This document shows, in pieces, positions 60,588 through 64,000 of a DNA stretch of 64,000 nt. This DNA comes from an uncultured Planctomycetota bacterium. GTDB lineage: Bacteria; Planctomycetota; Planctomycetia; Pirellulales; Lacipirellulaceae. The DNA is taken from the NCBI GenBank assembly GCA_963719315.1, contig CAVRBU010000002.1, positions 1,216,001-1,280,000 on the forward strand. The letters run 5' to 3'. The notes below the pieces were generated by a model that saw nothing but the letters and a program-made list of their open reading frames with translations, ran no database searches and was not told the DNA's origin. Numbering within the stretch: the stretch's first letter is position 1; every line of letters begins with the position of its first letter. The translations under genes were made by a program, and so were the position numbers.

Positions 60588-62183
60588 CTATCGGCCGCCC
60601 GTATTGCCGGAGGCCAGCGGTTTGCGCAGCGGGCGGCCCGCGAGGATATCTTGTGCCACGCCGTCAGCAATCGCGATTTTTCCGTTCACCAGTAGCCAGC
60701 GGACACCGACTGAACTTTCGAACGGTTTTTCGAAGGTCGCGCGGTCCTCGAATTGTTTGGGATCAAACACCACGATATCCGCAGCAAGATTCTCGCGCAA
60801 ATAGCCGCGGTCCTTCATGCTGAGGATGTCGGCCGGCAGGCCGGTGGCGCTGCGAACGGCAGCGGGCAGCGGCAACACTTTGTCCTGGATCGCGTAACGG
60901 CCGATCTTTCGAGAAAATGTGCCAAAGCTGCGAGGGTGGGGCCGGGAGCCGTCGTCGACTTTACTACTGCCGTCGGAAGCCGTGGCGACCCAGGGAAGCG
61001 TCATCACAAAGCGAACGTCGGCTTCGTCCATCCCGAAGTTGACGCCTGAAGCACCTGGGTCCTCACGCAGCAACTCGAGCGCGACATCTTCCGGTTCCCG
61101 CTTTTCCTCGGTGGCGATATCCGCGATCATCTTGCCGACCCACTGCGGCTTCTTGGAGCTATCGGCAACCATGATTAGTCCGCGGGAGTCGAGCGCCTTT
61201 GCGATGATCGGCCGTAGGCGCTTTACCTGTTCTTCATCGTGGAGACGTTTGGCGGTAGCCCGCTCGCCGCCTTCGCGCTCCTCGTCGGGCAGAAGAAAGG
61301 CCATGATGGATGTTGACGACGCAGTGTAAGGGTACTGATCGGCGGTGATCCGCAGGCCCTCGCGGCGAGCTGCTTCGATCAGGTGGGCGGCCGCGTGGAC
61401 CTTTCCCCAGTTGGGCTTCTTACTGGCCTTCAGGTGCGAAACGTGGCACGGCAGGTGGCCGCCACGAGCGATGTCGATCACCTCCTGGATGGATTCAAGG
61501 AGCTCGTCGCCTTCGTCGCGGATGTAGCTGGCGTAGAAACCGCCGCGATTGCCAACGGCCTGCGCCATCGCGATCAACTCATCCGTCTTGGCGAATGCGC
61601 CCGGCACGTATTGCAAGCCAGTCGACATGCCCCACGCGCCTTCTTGCATGGCGGCGTCGGCGAGGTCTTGCATCTTCTTGAGCTCGTCGGCCGTCGGCGC
61701 GCGGCGAACTTTACCCATCACTTTGTCGCGCACTTCCCCGTGCGGGATAAGCTGGGCAATGTTGATTCCAATCCCAGCCTCGGCAAGGTCGTCATAGAAT
61801 TTGCCGACATCCGCCCGCCCGCCGCCGCAGTTACCAGTCACCAGCGTCGTGCAGCCTTGCGTGAGGTAGCACCGGGCGCTGCGATTCTTCGGCTCCAGAA
61901 TCGAGTCGTCACTGTGATTGTGCAAGTCAATGAAACCCGGCGCAATGATGAGGCCCCGGCAATCAATCGTCTGGTCCGCTGACCTGTTTTCGATTTTGCC
62001 GACAGCAACGATCCGGCCATCGGCGATGGCGACACTGCCTTCATAGGGCACGCCTCCCGTTCCATCCACCATCGTGCCGCCCTGGAGCAGCACATCGACA
62101 CTCGGCGGCGATTCTGCGATCGCGCCGACGACGTTAACAAGGACAAAATAGTGGGCAAGAATTGCTGCGAGAATCGAGCGCAT
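60588..62183 (-). CDS. N-acyl-D-amino-acid deacylase (D-aminoacylase) family amidohydrolase
   Basis: 'APGFIDLHNHSD', 'VTGNCG', 'GMSTGLQY.PG', 'SHLK', 'DQYPY', 'ASDG', 'HPRSFGTF', 'ADIVVFDP'. Confidence 0.93.
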   Translation of the reverse strand: MRSILAAILAHYFVLVNVVGAIAESPPSVDVLLQGGTMVDGTGGVPYEGSVAIADGRIVAVGKIENRSADQTIDCRGLIIAPGFIDLHNHSDDSILEPKNRSARCYLTQGCTTLVTGNCGGGRADVGKFYDDLAEAGIGINIAQLIPHGEVRDKVMGKVRRAPTADELKKMQDLADAAMQEGAWGMSTGLQYVPGAFAKTDELIAMAQAVGNRGGFYASYIRDEGDELLESIQEVIDIARGGHLPCHVSHLKASKKPNWGKVHAAAHLIEAARREGLRITADQYPYTASSTSIMAFLLPDEEREGGERATAKRLHDEEQVKRLRPIIAKALDSRGLIMVADSSKKPQWVGKMIADIATEEKREPEDVALELLREDPGASGVNFGMDEADVRFVMTLPWVATASDGSSKVDDGSRPHPRSFGTFSRKIGRYAIQDKVLPLPAAVRSATGLPADILSMKDRGYLRENLAADIVVFDPKQFEDRATFEKPFESSVGVRWLLVNGKIAIADGVAQDILAGRPLRKPLASGNTGGR

Positions 62184-62479
62184 AAAGAGTTCAAGCGAAA
62201 ATAAATTGACGACTTTTCGAACACACGGTGTGACGAATGATTCAACGCAAGTCATTGACAACGCAGGGCATAAATCGTTCAGTGAGATGCATTTTTTTAG
62301 CGAAACTCGATAATTCGTAGCAATATCCCGCGAGTTTTGTGACTACGTCGGGCGGAGGAGTCTGCAAAACTTGCTCCGAGGCGAATCGATCACTTGTCGT
62401 CGGCGCTCGCTTCGATTTATTGTGACGAAGGATTTACAATGGCGGAAGCCCCCGTCGACCGATTTGAACCTGCTGTGAT

Positions 62480-63652
62480 TTGTTGGAGCTTCGGGTGGTA
62501 GAAGGAATCGCGATAGACGGTCACGCTCGCGCCGCTCGTTTGAAGAACGAATTGATTGCGGCAACGAGCTATTACTCGACCGATTATTTCGCCGCTCGCG
62601 AGCGGTTTCTTGCGGCGTGCGCCCAATCGGGTCTCGCACACCACGCGTTGCAGATTCATGCCCCGAGTCCGCGGCCAGAACCGCTCACGATCGACATCGC
62701 GATCGCCGGCGCCAAAAAACCGAGGACGGCGCTCGTGTTATCGAGCGGCGTGCATGGTGTTGAGGGCTTGTTCGGGTCGGCCGTGCAGTTGGCGTTTTTG
62801 GAGCAGTTGGCTTCGCACGAGTATCCGCCGGCGGAAGCCGCGGTGGTTTTGATTCACGCGGTCAATCCGTTCGGGTTCGCCTGGCAGCGGCGTTTCAATG
62901 AAGACAACGTCGATCTCAATCGCAATTTTTTACTGCCCGGTGAGCCCTATGCTGGCTCGCCGCCGCTGGCCGAAAAATTTCGCCGTGCGATGAAACCCCG
63001 CCGGCCGCGCACGCGATTTGGTTTTTGGACGGCTCGCATGGTGCTCCTCGCGCTCTGCCACGGCATTCATTCGCTCTGGGAAACGTTGCCTGTCGGGCAA
63101 TACGACTATCCCGATTGGCTGTACTACGGGGGAAGCGGACCAACGCAGTCGTTGCGTGCGCTGGAACGTTTCTTGCCGACGTTGCTCGATGAAGCAAACG
63201 AAGTCGTGCATCTCGATTTTCACACCGGACTCGGCCGCTGGTCCAAATGCGAACTGCTCGTGTCGGATTCCGAAGGGTCCGACAATTGCGAGTGGTGGCT
63301 CGAACATTTCGAGGGCGACATGGTCAAAAAGCTCAAAACCTTCACGCGCGCGTACGAAGTCCGCGGCGGCTTTGGACCGTGGCTGTGCACATTGTTTCCC
63401 GACTGCCAGTACCGATACGCCGTCGCGGAGTTTGGCACCTATTCACCGCTACGAGTTATGGGCGCGCTTGTTGACGAATTGCACTGGCATCGTGAATTCG
63501 GCAACGATTCGCCGCAACACCGCTCGCGTCGCAAATTGGCCGATACGTTCGTGCCCCGCAGTCGAAGCTGGCGCACGAAAGCCCTTCGCACGGGCGTCGC
63601 ATTGGCTGAACGCTCAGCCCACCTGCTTTGGAACTCGGCAAACCGCCGATGA
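62480..63652 (+). CDS. DUF2817 / M14-like metallopeptidase
   Basis: 'SSGVHGVEG', 'HAVNPFGF', 'RRFNEDNVDLNRNF', 'DFHTGLG', 'EFGT'. The true start is probably further downstream (near 62550). Confidence 0.85.
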   Translation: MLELRVVEGIAIDGHARAARLKNELIAATSYYSTDYFAARERFLAACAQSGLAHHALQIHAPSPRPEPLTIDIAIAGAKKPRTALVLSSGVHGVEGLFGSAVQLAFLEQLASHEYPPAEAAVVLIHAVNPFGFAWQRRFNEDNVDLNRNFLLPGEPYAGSPPLAEKFRRAMKPRRPRTRFGFWTARMVLLALCHGIHSLWETLPVGQYDYPDWLYYGGSGPTQSLRALERFLPTLLDEANEVVHLDFHTGLGRWSKCELLVSDSEGSDNCEWWLEHFEGDMVKKLKTFTRAYEVRGGFGPWLCTLFPDCQYRYAVAEFGTYSPLRVMGALVDELHWHREFGNDSPQHRSRRKLADTFVPRSRSWRTKALRTGVALAERSAHLLWNSANRR

Positions 63653-63708
63653 GTGAAACTCGCTGCGGCACCAGAAGAGGGATCTATGCGAGCAGTCGCA
63701 TAGTCCTA

Positions 63709-64000
63709 TCATCCGGATAGAGAAAGGTTGTGCGACCTGCGGAGGTCGTCTTTGTTTTTAAGTACGACGCGTTGGAATTTTTCGTCGCCGTCTGGCATAA
63801 GCCGCTCGACAGCTTCTAACTTGACCTCGAGCATCCGATCGAGACCATATCGCCGAAGTTCTTGGTCCATGACGGCCCTGGCTCGCTCGCCATCGAGCTT
63901 CTGACCGGGAAGCGGCTCGAGCAAAATGTGAAACCGCCGATTCTCTTCTTGAATGATCTGGTACTCGCGCACCTCCAGCAAGCGCGTGAGCGTGTTCTGG
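63709..64000 (-). CDS. C-terminus of a probable phenylacetate-CoA-ligase-like adenylate-forming protein (partial)
   Basis: 'VREYQIIQEE...ILLEP...V..L.P...KFQRV' resembles PaaK-like C-termini. Confidence 0.5.
   Translation of the reverse strand, partial: QNTLTRLLEVREYQIIQEENRRFHILLEPLPGQKLDGERARAVMDQELRRYGLDRMLEVKLEAVERLMPDGDEKFQRVVLKNKDDLRRSHNLSLSG

Overview
GC-rich bacterial DNA, most likely a planctomycete of the Pirellulales (inferred from many PEP-CTERM proteins with 'GDYN.NG.VDAADY..WR..FG' dockerin-like tails, FSLRTLLIATTL-motif proteins and sulfatases). The window has two parts. (1) About 1-50,740 is an accessory island. It holds about 14 PEP-CTERM genes or orphan tails, sulfatases, hydrolases and many mobile elements (three IS66-family, Tn3, IS110/IS1111, an unusual IS630-like pair, an ISAzo13 fragment). 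It ends at a degenerate tRNA 3'-end (att-like) scar near 50,716-50,737. (2) About 50,900-64,000 is core-like: a c-di-AMP (ydaO) riboswitch in front of a KimA-like APC transporter, plus acyltransferase, methyltransferase, desaturase, threonine aldolase, D-aminoacylase and an M14-like peptidase. The main unexplained signal is a modular non-coding repeat of about 50-300 bp with at least 17 copies in the island and none seen in the core part. Fourteen copies sit just 3' of, and co-oriented with, a cargo gene. The repeat resembles the res-like palindrome upstream of the Tn3 tnpA, which suggests a resolvase-site-delimited cassette array of surface-protein genes. Other highlights are a tandem DD35D IS630-like pair plus DEDD exonuclease, a candidate IS110 bridge/seek RNA, and a leader-terminator RNA motif shared by two PEP-CTERM genes. 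Many single-base frameshifts look like sequencing indels. All calls come from reading motifs by eye; no searches were run.
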